Shown here: one piece after another, positions 48,829 to 59,166 of the stretch
Position numbering within the stretch: the stretch's first letter is position 1
Layout of the letters: every line of letters begins with the position of its first letter
Origin: Candidatus Kerfeldbacteria bacterium
Lineage (GTDB): Bacteria > Patescibacteriota > Patescibacteriia > SBBC01 > CAIJZX01
Direction of reading: 5' to 3'
NCBI GenBank assembly: GCA_016193315.1
Contig: JACPSJ010000001.1
Coordinates: forward strand, 155,981 to 219,980
DNA length: 64,000 nucleotides
The notes under the pieces: generated by a model
What the model was told of the DNA's origin: nothing
The model's input: only the letters and a program-made list of their open reading frames with translations
The model's database searches: none
Program-made: the position numbers and the translations under genes

Positions 48829-49154
48829 CAAAGGTGGTAACCACCGGCCTGGGTATTGAGCCTCTATCTCGGGGTCGCGATCACTACCGATGGCGACGGG
48901 CGAGGACGGTTGCCGGTGGCAACCGTCCGCAGCCCAGGCCCGAAGGGCGAATCCCGATGGTCACCCCATGCCCTCATAGCGAAATGGGTCTCGGCCGCAT
49001 CGAGCCAGGCGAGATAGCGAGCCAAACTACTTGGCTCGCGGCGGCCGGGACGGGCCGAGCATGTTTCGACCCCGAGCCTGCCGAGGGGGAGGAACGGCGA
49101 GGCCCCGGAACACAGCGACTTCGCCAGATAGGCGGCACGTCTTCCTCTGTCTTT

Positions 49155-49226
49155 GCCCTCGTAGCACAAAGGACAGTGCAAGGGACTTCTAAGCCCGAGA
49201 TGATGGTTCGATTCCATCCGAGGGCA
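49155..49226 (+). tRNA. Possible tRNA-Arg (anticodon TCT) with imperfect anticodon stem (may be pseudo-tRNA)
   Basis: 72 nt: acceptor GCCCTCG/CGAGGGC, D-arm GCAC-AAAGGACA-GTGC, loop CTTCTAA, T-arm GATGG-TTCGATT-CCATC; anticodon stem only 3 WC pairs. Confidence 0.35.
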
Positions 49227-49291
49227 GAGACATTGGCGGACGCATAGGCGTTCTAAGCCTTGAGGTGTAGGTTCGAATCCTACCGGGGGCA
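49227..49291 (+). pseudogene. tRNA 3'-half-like fragment (anticodon-arm AGGC-GTTCTAA-GCCT, T-arm GTAGG-TTCGAAT-CCTAC, acceptor-3' CGGGGGC) without matching 5' half
   Basis: Hand folding; directly abuts previous tRNA-like gene. Confidence 0.3.
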
Positions 49292-49416
49292 AATCCATGA
49301 CAGTCATGATCTCCTCAATTTTTTTGGGTTTCTTGCTATTGACGCTAGAGCCGTCTTTTGTCACCATAGCCACAATTTCAGTCGCTCCTTCCATCGACCC
49401 CAAAACCGAGGAGGTG

Positions 49417-50286
49417 ATGAACGTGATCCGCCTGTCGAATGGGTATGAGTTTGAGTACGTCGCCGCCAGCGGCGCGCTCGGCTTCGACGGCCAAGGCTGG
49501 CCGTGGGAGCAGCCGCTCCGGGTACTCGGACTATTCGATCCGTCGCTCTTCAAGCCGGTGACGAAAAGCCTGACCTGGAAACCGCGCCGTGGCAACCTCC
49601 GGTGGCACGACCCGTTCCGGGCGGTCAGGTTCATCGATGGCGGCGTGGTCAATGCAGTTGATCTCACCAACCTAGGTTTCGACTGGTGGCTGGAAACCGT
49701 CGGACGCCGACTCGAGAGTGGCCGGCAGTCGCTGATCGTCTCGATCTACACCGAGGACGAAACCGAGTTGCGCCAGATGGCTGAGCGGTTAAACGATATC
49801 GACCTTGCCGCAGTCGAGCTCAACGCGCACTGTCCCAATCATCATGGCGATTTCCACCATAACGCCTGGCAGGTCGTCTGGTTCTGCGAACTCTACCGTC
49901 GGTTGTGCCGTCATCCGTTGATCCTCAAGGTCTCGGTCCTCCACAACTTGAACCTGATCGTCCCGAAGGCCGAACCATACATTGAGGCGATTGACATCAA
50001 CTCGGTCCCCTGGTCATACGTGTTCCCCCACCGCAGCCCCCTCCGGCGATTGGGTGGGGGAGCCGTCTCCGGCCAACCCGCGCAGGCGGTGACCTGGTCG
50101 ATCTTGCGGCAACTCGTCAACTTGACCGATATCCCGGTCATCGGCCCGAGCGTCTGGCGCTACCAGGATATCCAAGCACTCCGCGGGCGCGGCGCCCAGG
50201 CCATCAGCTTCGGCTCGATCTTCCTCCGTTACCCGTGGCGGCCGACGATCTTCGTCCGGCGTGATCAGCGGGAGAACGGACGATGA
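49417..50286 (+). CDS. Dihydroorotate-dehydrogenase-family TIM-barrel protein (PyrD-like)
   Basis: Start at ATG 49417 after GGAGG; DHOD-like motifs VELNAHCPN and N-terminal substrate-loop pattern; followed by hairpin terminator CCACCAGTCGCAAGCTGGTGG+T5. Confidence 0.6.
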   Translation: MNVIRLSNGYEFEYVAASGALGFDGQGWPWEQPLRVLGLFDPSLFKPVTKSLTWKPRRGNLRWHDPFRAVRFIDGGVVNAVDLTNLGFDWWLETVGRRLESGRQSLIVSIYTEDETELRQMAERLNDIDLAAVELNAHCPNHHGDFHHNAWQVVWFCELYRRLCRHPLILKVSVLHNLNLIVPKAEPYIEAIDINSVPWSYVFPHRSPLRRLGGGAVSGQPAQAVTWSILRQLVNLTDIPVIGPSVWRYQDIQALRGRGAQAISFGSIFLRYPWRPTIFVRRDQRENGR

Positions 50287-50330
50287 GGCCCCGAATACAT
50301 CGGTTGTTGTCCCTTCCACGGCCGGCGGGA

Positions 50331-50376
50331 CCTGTCGGCCAAGTGGCGATCTTTGACTCGCATCCACCAGTCGCAA
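50331..50376 (+). terminator. Rho-independent terminator of pyrD-like gene (CCACCAGTCGCAAGCTGGTGG + CTTTTT), immediately followed by first TTGACA of the minigene array
   Basis: Hairpin plus T-tract read directly. Confidence 0.6.
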
Positions 50377-53300
50377 GCTGGTGGCTTTTTCTGTTCACAT
50401 GGCGTTTGACAATGAACGAATGATTCGCTTGAATGGCGGGGCTGCGCCTAGCCCCGGATGGGTGCTGTTCCGCGTCCAAGTCCACGTCTCGGTCTGGCAA
50501 GGCATTCTTTGGGGCCCCGCGCCATTCAAGGTGCGGGGCGTTTTCTTGACATCAATCCATCCGGGTGGTTCTCTGTGACAGCGGTGACTAGGTTTGGCGC
50601 GCCGTCGAAGTCATGTCCGGCCACAGCCAAGCAATCGCAGCGTTCTCTCCGGAGCCCCGATGATGAAATCGGGGCTGTTTCTTGACATTCTCGAAATCCT
50701 TCTGTACATTGCTGTCGCTCACCTGGCAGGGTTTCCACCCGTTGACCACGCTCCGCAACGTTGGCGACAGCCACGACGACGTGCGGCCGGGACCGCTATT
50801 CTTTGGGGCCCCGATCAATCTGTCGGGGCTGTTTTTCTTGACAGACCGTCAGGTGTCATGTAAAAAAGTCTTCATCTTCGGTCAGCGCTGTCGCTTGGAT
50901 CGCCAACCTTGCGTCGGGCGCGCTGCGCCTAAGCCGACAGTGCCCAGCCTAGCTCCTCTCTGGATCCCGATCACTCACCTGGTCGGGATGTTTTTCTTGA
51001 CTAGCCCACGTACTCGTGGTACATAGCTGTCGATTGTATCCATTGCGGATGGGTGCGGACAGGTAGCCCGCGGCATAACAGGCCCAGCCAAGCCCGGGTC
51101 AGCCATTGTGGTCTTTGGGTCCCGATCTGACAACAGGTCGGGACATCTTTTTATTGACACGGGAACAGCCTAACGATATAGTACGGCGAACTCGGTTAGG
51201 TCCGGCTGCCTATGCCATGCTTCGCCCAAGCAAGCACCGGCCCCGCATCGACCGCCGTGCCAAGCCGTTCTCCGGATCCTCCGTCTCTGACGGAGGATAT
51301 TTCTTGACATGAAACTGTTCTCTTGTTAAAGCGGGGCTGGCTCCTTGCCCAGGTCAGGTGACGCCAGTTGCGCCGGGCTCAGCTGTCCCGGTACAGCCAA
51401 CGGCCAGCATTGCCGCCGCCAGCACAGGCATGTCTATCTTTCCTTCGGGTCCCGATCGCGCTAGATCGGGACTCTTCGCTTGACTTTTTTAAAAACTTTA
51501 GTATAAAATTATTGCGTTTCTCGCGGCTGTGTTCGCCCGGCCGAGCTAAGGAGTTGACAGCTCCGGCACGCTGCTGAACGGTAGGCTCCTCTTTGGGCCC
51601 CGCATCATTCTCGGAATGGCGTGGGGCTGTTTTCTTGACAACCATTGCTCGGACAGGTACTTTCCACTGCGCTCCGCGCGACGGGACATTTTCTTGACAA
51701 ACAGGCCGGGGTGTCCTAGGTTGTCTCGCGAACCACCTGGCCCGCCTGCGCGAGACAGGCAGCGCCGACGCAGGGTACTGATTGACTGGCCGTGGTGTAC
51801 TTGCGAGTTCTATGGGGCCCCGTCTGGTATTACCGAGCGGGGCCGTTTTTTTGACGAACCAAGACGAAACGAATATAGTGTTCGAGTCGTTTTCCGGCCA
51901 GGCCTGGTTGGGATAGCCACCCCATCCAGCGCCATGCCTCCCCGTGTCAGGGATAGGCCAGCACCTCTCCGGGCCCCGATCACGTTGATCGGGACTGTTT
52001 TCTTGACAGGGTGTGTATTTGCTCCTACCCTTAGCCAACGCCCCACGCCGACCTAGTCTGACGACAGCAAGGGTCAAGCAGACTATCACGCCGCAGGCCA
52101 CTTCAGGCTCCGGGTCCCGATCTGACAACAGGCCGGGACTTTTTTCTTGACAACTTTTGATATTGCACCTATCGTCTCGCCAGACAGTATTGCCGTACGG
52201 CACTGTTCGTCTAGCAACGGCACCGCTTCCCAACGAAGACCTAGCTAGCCTACGGGTCCCGGTCTGAAAACAGGTCGGGACGTTTTATTGACGAAAAAGG
52301 GATAAACAACTAAGGTGTCGAAGTTCTATCCGGCCAGGTACGCCGGGCACAGGCGGCCAGCGGAAAGCCACCGTCAGCCCCCGCTCGCCAACGTCCGTCG
52401 CGCTCCGCACAGCCCGTCTCTGGGTCCTCCGCCTCTGGCGGAGGACGTTTTTCTTGACGCGAATGGGAAGTCGGTGATACGGTGCGCCTTGCGTTGGCAA
52501 AACCCGGCTGACCATCGTTGGGCATCGTATGTTCCTCACCGCCGGACAAGCGCGTCAAACGCCAGGCAACTCTTTGGGTCCCGATTCTCACGACTCGGGA
52601 CTATTTATTGACACAGATTATTAACTCGAGTAGGCTCGCGGGAGTATCACGGCTGGGCGATACTTCCAACGCACCCGCATCCCGATCAGTGTCATGCTCC
52701 TCTGTGGGTCCCGGCCGCTATACGTTGCCGGGACATTTTCTTGACGCGCATACACCATTTTGCTAGTTTGCGCATTGGATTGGCTGGCCATGTTAAGGTC
52801 GGGCCCGACAGAGTGCCGCCAGCTGCGCAAGAGCATGCCCTACTATGGGTCCCGGTTCTGATGAATCGGGACTTTTTCTTGACATGCGCTCAATCCTCGC
52901 TTAGGGTGAAACGCGCCTCATGCAGTCCAGGCGAGGTCCGCTTTGGCTGAGTAAGGCATGAATGGCCTAGGTGCGGTTGGCTGCTCTACGGGTCCCGATT
53001 CTCACGACTCGGGACATTTTCTCGACACGACTTTTTCGATAATGTACTTTCTGACAACTTGGCCCGCCGGGCATTGGATGAGTAGGCCATGGCATCCTTC
53101 GGTCCACTTCGGGGCTCCCGCAAACACGGGAGCCGATTTTTTCTTGACTCTTGTTGGTTGATCAAGTAACTTGCCTATCGTCAAGTTTCACGGCTCGGTG
53201 AGGATAGCTCCGCACTGCCTAGCCGGAGCGCCGTCAGGTGACGTTCGCTTGGGATAGCTTTGGAGGCGGGACGCCAGTCTCGCCTTTTTGCTTGACAAGT

Positions 53301-53575
53301 TTCGATCGCAACCCTAAAGTTTCAGCTCTCGCCTCGCTCCGGTTCTGTGTGACAGGGCCAAGTACCGCAGCACGAACCTCTCTTTGGGGCTCCCCCATCA
53401 TGATGGGAGCCTTTTGTTTGACAATCTCATCCGGTAGGGTCTAAGTTCACACAGTACGCAGGGCCTCGGATAGCCGCGGAGCCCATTTCCTTCCCGTGTT
53501 TCGGCTAGGCCAGCCGTTCTAAGGGTCCCGACTTCATCGGTCGGGACTTATTCTTGCTTGACAAAATTGTGCATC
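50340..53575 (+). repeat. Array part 1: ~23 tandem promoter-body-terminator minigene units (~135-175 bp each). Unit = TTGACA -35 / 17 bp / TAnnnT -10 in variable region, ~70-100-nt variable GC-rich body, conserved tail (..CCTAGG..TCTTTGGG + GC hairpin of conserved structure but variable/covarying sequence + T4-6) directly abutting next TTGACA
   Basis: Read directly: -35 boxes at 50406, 50546, 50681, 50838, 50996, 51164, 51304, 51479, 51645, 51693, 51850, 52003, 52147, 52287, 52453, 52608, 52741, 52878, 53021, 53144, 53292, 53427, 53568; each followed at 17+-1 bp by TAnnnT (TACATT, TAAAAA, TACATA, TATAGT, TAAAGC, TATAAA, TATCGT, TAAGGT..). Confidence 0.7.
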
Positions 53576-53684
53576 TCCGTTAAGGCTGGTGTACGCTCCT
53601 TCCAATCCATCACTGGACTATCGGATCCGAAGGCGCGCTTCGTCCACGCTGTTTGCCTCTTCACCACATCTTTGGAGGCTCACC

Positions 53685-55532
53685 GTGAAGCGTCAGAAGC
53701 CGCGGCCACCATTGCCGCGCAAGCTCAACCTGCTGGAGTATTTTCCGTACCATCTGTACCCAGTCATGCGACCGAATCAGCGGCTTGGTCTCGAGACTAT
53801 TGAGGCCAACGACGGATTGGCGACCCTCGAAGCGCCGACCGGCAGCGGCAAGATGGCCATCGGCTACACCTTCCTCAAGGCGCTGGCCGCTCAGCGCCTG
53901 GGGCCGCTGTTCTACATCGTGCCGACGAAGACGCAGGTCGACCAACTCGTCCGGTACCACCCGGATCTCATCCCGGTCTACGGGCGGAACGAGCACGACT
54001 GTCTGTATTACCCGGACCTGTCGCTGAAGGCGGATGAAATTCCAACCGTCCTCTGCCCAGGCTGCGATCACTTCGTCAACCAGGAGACCGGCGCCGTCAA
54101 CGTACCCGGCGTCGTGCCCTGTCCGTACTACCTCCAGAAGTACCAGGCGAAGCAGGCGCCGATCGTCGTCTGCACCATGGCCTTCTACCTCTTCACCCAG
54201 CTCTTCTCGCAGGAGTGGGAGGAGCCGGCCGGCCTGGTCATCGATGAAGCGCACCAGTTCCCCCGGGTCGTCCGTAACTGCCTCAGCTACGAGATTACCG
54301 ACTACCACTTGTGGCGGTCGGCCGACCTCTTGGCGGAGATCGACGGCGTCGCCGCGCACCAACTGCGGGACTTCGGCCGGAAGATGATTTCGATCATCAA
54401 GCGGAAGCCAGCCGGGCAGGGAACGCTGCTCAAGGACGAGGAGATCATTCAGCTTATCGAGCTGCTCGACGTCATCGACGCCGGGGCGGTCGAACGCGCC
54501 CTCAGCCGGGCCATTCGGCAGGGGCTGATCGACGTCAAGCAGGACCGCGAGACGTTGAAGCAGCTGGAGACGATCGTTCGCGACCTGCGGCGGTACCTCC
54601 ACACCCTCGAGTACTCGCTGCCGACGAAGCAGCGGCACGCCCTGAACTACACCTACGGCTTCTACGAGGAGGAGATGGGGCCGAACGACAAGGCTCAGTA
54701 CCGTCTGGTCATCAAGGCGCACTACGTCGCGCCGATTATCGCCAAGATCCTGAGCCCGCGGACGGTGGCGTATTCGGCCACCATCGGCGATCCGCCGATC
54801 TTCCAGGGCGAGACGGGTATCCGCGCCGACGTCTTCGAGTTCGGTTCGGAATTCTCTCATCTGAAGACGCGGGTGTTCATGCCGACGGACACTAAGAACC
54901 TGGCCTTCAACACCCGGGGTCGACAGGATGTTACCCGGACGCTGCGGCTGGTGGCCAAAGCGGCCCGTCGCTTCGCCCAACGGGGTCACCGCTCTCTGGT
55001 GGTGATCGTGTCGGAGAAGGAGCGGCAGAAGTTCTTGACCCTGGCCGAGGAGGAGCGGCTGAAGGTCCTGAGCTACGGGAATGGGTCACCCGCTAAGACA
55101 GTGGCAGCCCGGTTTCTTGGCGGTGAAGGAGATTGCCTGGTCGGCACCACCGCCCAGTACGGCGAGGGGATCGATTTGCCACGGCAGTCGGCGCCGGTCA
55201 TCTTTATGCTCCGGCCTGGCTACCCGCATCCGGACGATCCGGGCACGCAGTTCGAGGAGCGGCGCTTCAGCACCGGGCAGGTCTGGGCCATCCGCCAGTG
55301 GCGGGTGATGATGGAAGCGCTCCAGGTGCGGGGCCGGAACATCCGTTCCAGCGACGACCTCGGCGTAACCTTCTTCATGTCCCAGCAGTTCCGGAAGTTC
55401 CTGCGCAGCAGCCTGCCGAAGTGGCTCGAGCGGGCCTACCGCAACACCCGCACCTTTGACCAGTGCGTCGAGGAGACGATGGAGTTGTTGAGCCGAGGCG
55501 ATCGAGGTCTGACGGCTGGAATACAGCAGTGA
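53685..55532 (+). CDS. DinG/XPD/Rad3-family superfamily-2 DNA helicase with FeS-cluster cysteines (type IV CRISPR Csf4-like size)
   Basis: Start GTG 53685 after GGAGG; Walker A-like TGSGKM, DEAH box (VIDEAHQF), four Cys (HDCLYY, CPGCDHF, CPYY) in FeS insertion, C-terminal helicase motifs (GTTAQYGEGIDLP); expressed from the -35/-10 of the last array-1 unit and terminated by first array-2 hairpin. Confidence 0.8.
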   Translation: MKRQKPRPPLPRKLNLLEYFPYHLYPVMRPNQRLGLETIEANDGLATLEAPTGSGKMAIGYTFLKALAAQRLGPLFYIVPTKTQVDQLVRYHPDLIPVYGRNEHDCLYYPDLSLKADEIPTVLCPGCDHFVNQETGAVNVPGVVPCPYYLQKYQAKQAPIVVCTMAFYLFTQLFSQEWEEPAGLVIDEAHQFPRVVRNCLSYEITDYHLWRSADLLAEIDGVAAHQLRDFGRKMISIIKRKPAGQGTLLKDEEIIQLIELLDVIDAGAVERALSRAIRQGLIDVKQDRETLKQLETIVRDLRRYLHTLEYSLPTKQRHALNYTYGFYEEEMGPNDKAQYRLVIKAHYVAPIIAKILSPRTVAYSATIGDPPIFQGETGIRADVFEFGSEFSHLKTRVFMPTDTKNLAFNTRGRQDVTRTLRLVAKAARRFAQRGHRSLVVIVSEKERQKFLTLAEEERLKVLSYGNGSPAKTVAARFLGGEGDCLVGTTAQYGEGIDLPRQSAPVIFMLRPGYPHPDDPGTQFEERRFSTGQVWAIRQWRVMMEALQVRGRNIRSSDDLGVTFFMSQQFRKFLRSSLPKWLERAYRNTRTFDQCVEETMELLSRGDRGLTAGIQQ

Positions 55533-55559
55533 ACAACGAATAGGCAAAACCTGGGTTAC

Positions 55560-58500
55560 CAAGTGTAGGCAACCCCCAGGCAAGAAAGAGTGCTCTCTGG
55601 GACCCCCGATCGAATGATCGGGGGTCGTTTTCTTGACAGGTGTTGAGCTTATCATTAACCTGCAGCCGCTAGCTACGGACCGGCTAGGAACGGTGGGCCA
55701 CGTTTTGGCTGAGTCCGGACGGCCGGACCCAGGTCGCCTAGAGTGTTCTATGGGGCCCCGATCATTTGGTCGGGGTCGTTTTTTGACTTCCTCCAAGGTT
55801 GGGTGTAGGGTCTTCCAATCCGCCAGCCTTCGGCAGGTAACGGTAGTTCTGGGTAGCCAGTCCTGTGGCACGGGCTCCAACGCGCGGATGGGATCGCCTT
55901 GGTTTTGCATGGTTTGTCTCGCTCCGGGTCCTCCGCCTTTGGTGGAGGACTTCTTTCTTGACATAAAGCAACCAAGCGAGTAGGAAGTTGATACCGGAGT
56001 GGTACGCGCCGCCCCGGAAAGCTAGGCTCTTTGGCGGTATGCCACGCTGGCCTGCACTGCGGGACCTCATTCGGAAGAATGAGGTCGTTTTTCTTGACAT
56101 GCCCACGAAATAATTCTAGTGTGCGAGCGCCGCGCCTAGGAATTCTTTGGAGCCCCGTTCGCAAGAACGGGGCTGCTTTCTTGACACGACCTATTTTTTC
56201 CTGTAAGACCTTTTGCACCCGGTGCTGAATCCAATGCACTGGTGCGCCATCGCGCGGCAGCCGCATCAATCGGCACGCTGGGCTACGCTTCGGGACGGTG
56301 ACTCACCATGGTCGCCGTCTTTTTTCTTGACACGACGAATGCAATGCAATAGGCTTGCCCAGCAGTATTCCCGCTGCGGACAGCCATGACCCGCACCGTT
56401 CCGCTAGGCTGCGGTCAGCCGTTCTTTGGAGCTCCGTTCGCAAGAATGGGGTCAATTTCTTGACAAACTGCCTGATTCAGTTAGCCTACCCAATCACCAG
56501 AAGTCCCATCCTCAGCCTTGGTGTCCCGTGACAACCATCGCTATGGTTGGGCCTGGTCCGGAGGGCCGTCCTTTGGAGCCCCGTTCGTCAGAGCGGGGCT
56601 TTTTCTTGACTGCCGTTATTACTTTTGATAGGGTCGGCCGACACGCCTAGGCTTGCCTTGGTTAACCAAGCACCGCCGTCGTCGGCCACCCCAGCGCCAT
56701 CTTCGGAGCCCCTGATCATTCGATCGGGGGCGTTTTTCTTGACTCTCGCTGGATCATCCTGTACAACGTCCAAACCAGGTGTGCCTGACCTGCCAGGACC
56801 ATGCCTGTGTGGGCCTTGGAATGCACGGCCATACTCTGGGGCCAGCTCGTCTTTACGCGAGTTGGCCTACTTCTTGACAGCGTGAAAGCATTACTCTAGT
56901 TTTCAGCCATTCCATGCGCCTCGGATAGCTGCGCTATCGCGCGATGCGTAGCGGAACGGACTGGTGGAGTAGTCATTGGTTCTCTGTGGGGTCCCATCAG
57001 TCGGTGGGGGCTTCTTCTTGACTGAACGAAAAATACGCTGATAGATTCTGTCGACCCGCCAGGGAAAGCAAAGCCGCGGAATTCCTCGGATCGCCGCGCC
57101 TCGCCTGCCTGTGCCATGACAGCCTGATCTTCGGTGCCTCATCCATCCGGGTGGGGCATGTTTCATGACATCCCCTGGGGAGAGAGAATAATCTTGGTTG
57201 TCCACGCGCCTCGGAAAGCTTTCCTAATGGCGATACGTAATTGAACTGATTTCGTGGTTGTAAGTGGCTATCCTTGGTTTCCCGACGTAATGTGGGGCTT
57301 TCTCCTTGACCAGAACACTCAATTGTCTGTAATTTTCCAATCCTCGGAAAACCATGGTCCGGCGGGCCTGTCTCTGCCTGCGTCAGCCTCGCTCTTCCAG
57401 GCTTAGCCTCGCTTTGGGTCCTCCGTCGCTGACGGAGGACATTTTCTATTGCGATTGCTTGACAAATCCGGGGATGACGATTAGGTTGCCGACACTAGGC
57501 TGGCCCGGCTTTCCTAGGGCAAGTCGGCCTGTCCCGGAGCATCCGGCGGACAGCTCAGCATAGCCATTCTTTGGATCCCACGCAACCGCGGTGGGACTTT
57601 TCTTGACTTTCCGAGGGCCCCGTTCTAAAGTGCCGCGGCTGGATCAAGGCTCGGATAGGCCTCCTTGGCCCCGCAAAGCCTAGGAACCTCTGGCCGCGGA
57701 CGGCCCCGGACAGGATCTCCCTCCCGTTCTTTGGGTCCCCATCAGCCATGGTGGGGATGCTTTCTTGACCGACGAAAATGGATTTGCTAGTTTCTTGCGG
57801 CCATATGGTTAGGCCGGGAACGGCGGCCATCGGTGTTCCAAGCACCGCCTTGGCCAGGCTCGCCTTGCTCCACTTCGGGACCCTGCAGAAATGCGGGGTC
57901 ATTTTCTTGACCTTCTGAAGTTCGAAGCTTATGTCCGTCTGACGTGGTATGGTCGGCTTGGCTAGCGCTGCGTGTCCCTCGCCAGACTCCCCATCGCCAT
58001 CCCTGCTCTAGGCGTCGTGTTCTCCGGAGCCCCGTTCGAAAGAGCGGGGCTGCTTTCTTGACATCGCCCACACCGGGATGTACGGTCGAATGACGCGATG
58101 ATGAACTGTGCCAAGCCAGTCATCGGCCCGCCAGCGCGAGACGCCCCGCCCTTTGCTGCGCAATGCCTCCGCTCTCTATGGGGTCCGTTCGGCAGAACGG
58201 ATCTGTTTCTTGACAGCGTGTGAATTTGGCCGTAGATTTTTTTTGCTTAGGCCGTGGTTCATGATTGTCTTTGTAAGCGGAAACCAGCCCAGGCTAGGTG
58301 TCCCCAGCACTGGCATGGTCGGCTTGCAAGTGGCCAACCACGCCCTGGATGTCTACGGGCCCAGCCCGTGTTTCTGAATCATGACGGGCTGGGCTTTTTT
58401 CATGAGCTTCATCCGGGAACGCAATCTACTGACAAACCAACACGGTTCGGCTAATTTGTCTTGGCATCAGGCGGTTTTTTCGTCAGCCTTAGTGTCGCGT

Positions 58501-59060
58501 GATAACCATCGGTCTGGTTGGGTCTGTTCCGGAGGGCTGTACTTCGGGGCCTCGCTCCACATGAGCGAGGCTGCTTCTTGACGCTAAGTTCATCTCATGA
58601 TAAACACCCGGTCGTCGCAGTCGGCGCCTTGAAACTCATAGTACTCCCGGAACGCCAGCGATCGCCGCAGTGCGGAATTCCAGACCACCGCATCCCCAGC
58701 CGCCGCACGCTCCGTCAGACTTTGGGCCCGACCGCGCAAGCGCGTCGGGCATTTTTCTTGACTAGTTTCATGCTCTGTAGTAGGTTCGTCGGTGTCCGCC
58801 ATGCCCACGCCAGTTTCGGAATGGTATCCTCCCGCCAGTCGCGGCAGTCTGTGGCCCGCTCTGGAGTCCCGATGGTAACACCGCCTTGGGACTTTTCTTG
58901 ACGCCCTGCTCATTCGTTGATAAGAGTATGATGGTTCTGAAATTGATTTCTCGGAATCGACCCGGCAGGCCCAGGATTCCCGAGTCTCGCCATCCCAGCC
59001 ACACCCCAGCTCCTCTTCGGGGCCCCGCCAGCCATCGCGGGGCCATCTTCTTGACAAAAC
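55560..59060 (+). repeat. Array part 2: ~24 further promoter-body-terminator minigene units of the same family
   Basis: -35 boxes at 55633, 55782, 55959, 56095, 56181, 56328, 56460, 56605, 56739, 56873, 57018, 57165 (ATGACA), 57306, 57459, 57603, 57764, 57906, 58058, 58209, ~58398 (degenerate), 58578, 58758, 58898, 59050; same TCTTTGG-hairpin-Tn tails. Confidence 0.7.
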
Positions 59061-59166
59061 CAGGGCGGTTTTGCTAAGGTCGCGGATCGCCTTTTGTTTG
59101 GGCGAACCTGGCTACGCAGGACGCGTGGCAGCTGTACCATCCAATTCTTTGGAAAGGGGCCACCCA

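Noticed and set aside
51379-52233. 284-aa minus-strand ORF across array units
   Set aside because: Runs antisense through five or six minigene units including their promoters and terminators. Composition-driven open frame, not a gene.
53661-54989. 442-aa minus-strand ORF antisense to the helicase
   Set aside because: Antisense shadow of the DinG-like gene, which has clear helicase motifs on the plus strand; Arg/Pro/Gly-rich translation.
50340-59060. Canonical CRISPR array
   Set aside because: Periodicity is CRISPR-like. However, the 'repeats' are not identical (structure-conserved hairpins with variable sequence plus promoter), 'spacers' are 70-100 nt and begin with a conserved -10 element, and every unit has its own promoter and terminator. 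No cas1/cas2 or other standard cas genes are visible, so it does not fit any described CRISPR type.
50340-59060. Integron cassette array (attC sites)
   Set aside because: The hairpins have variable sequence with conserved structure, like attC. However, the units are far too short for cassettes, each carries a consensus promoter, and there is no intI integrase or attI/Pc in the window.
50340-59060. Type I/III toxin-antitoxin repeat RNAs
   Set aside because: ToxIN-like antitoxin repeats are short identical tandem repeats from one promoter. Here bodies are all different and each has its own promoter/terminator. No small toxin ORFs are present.
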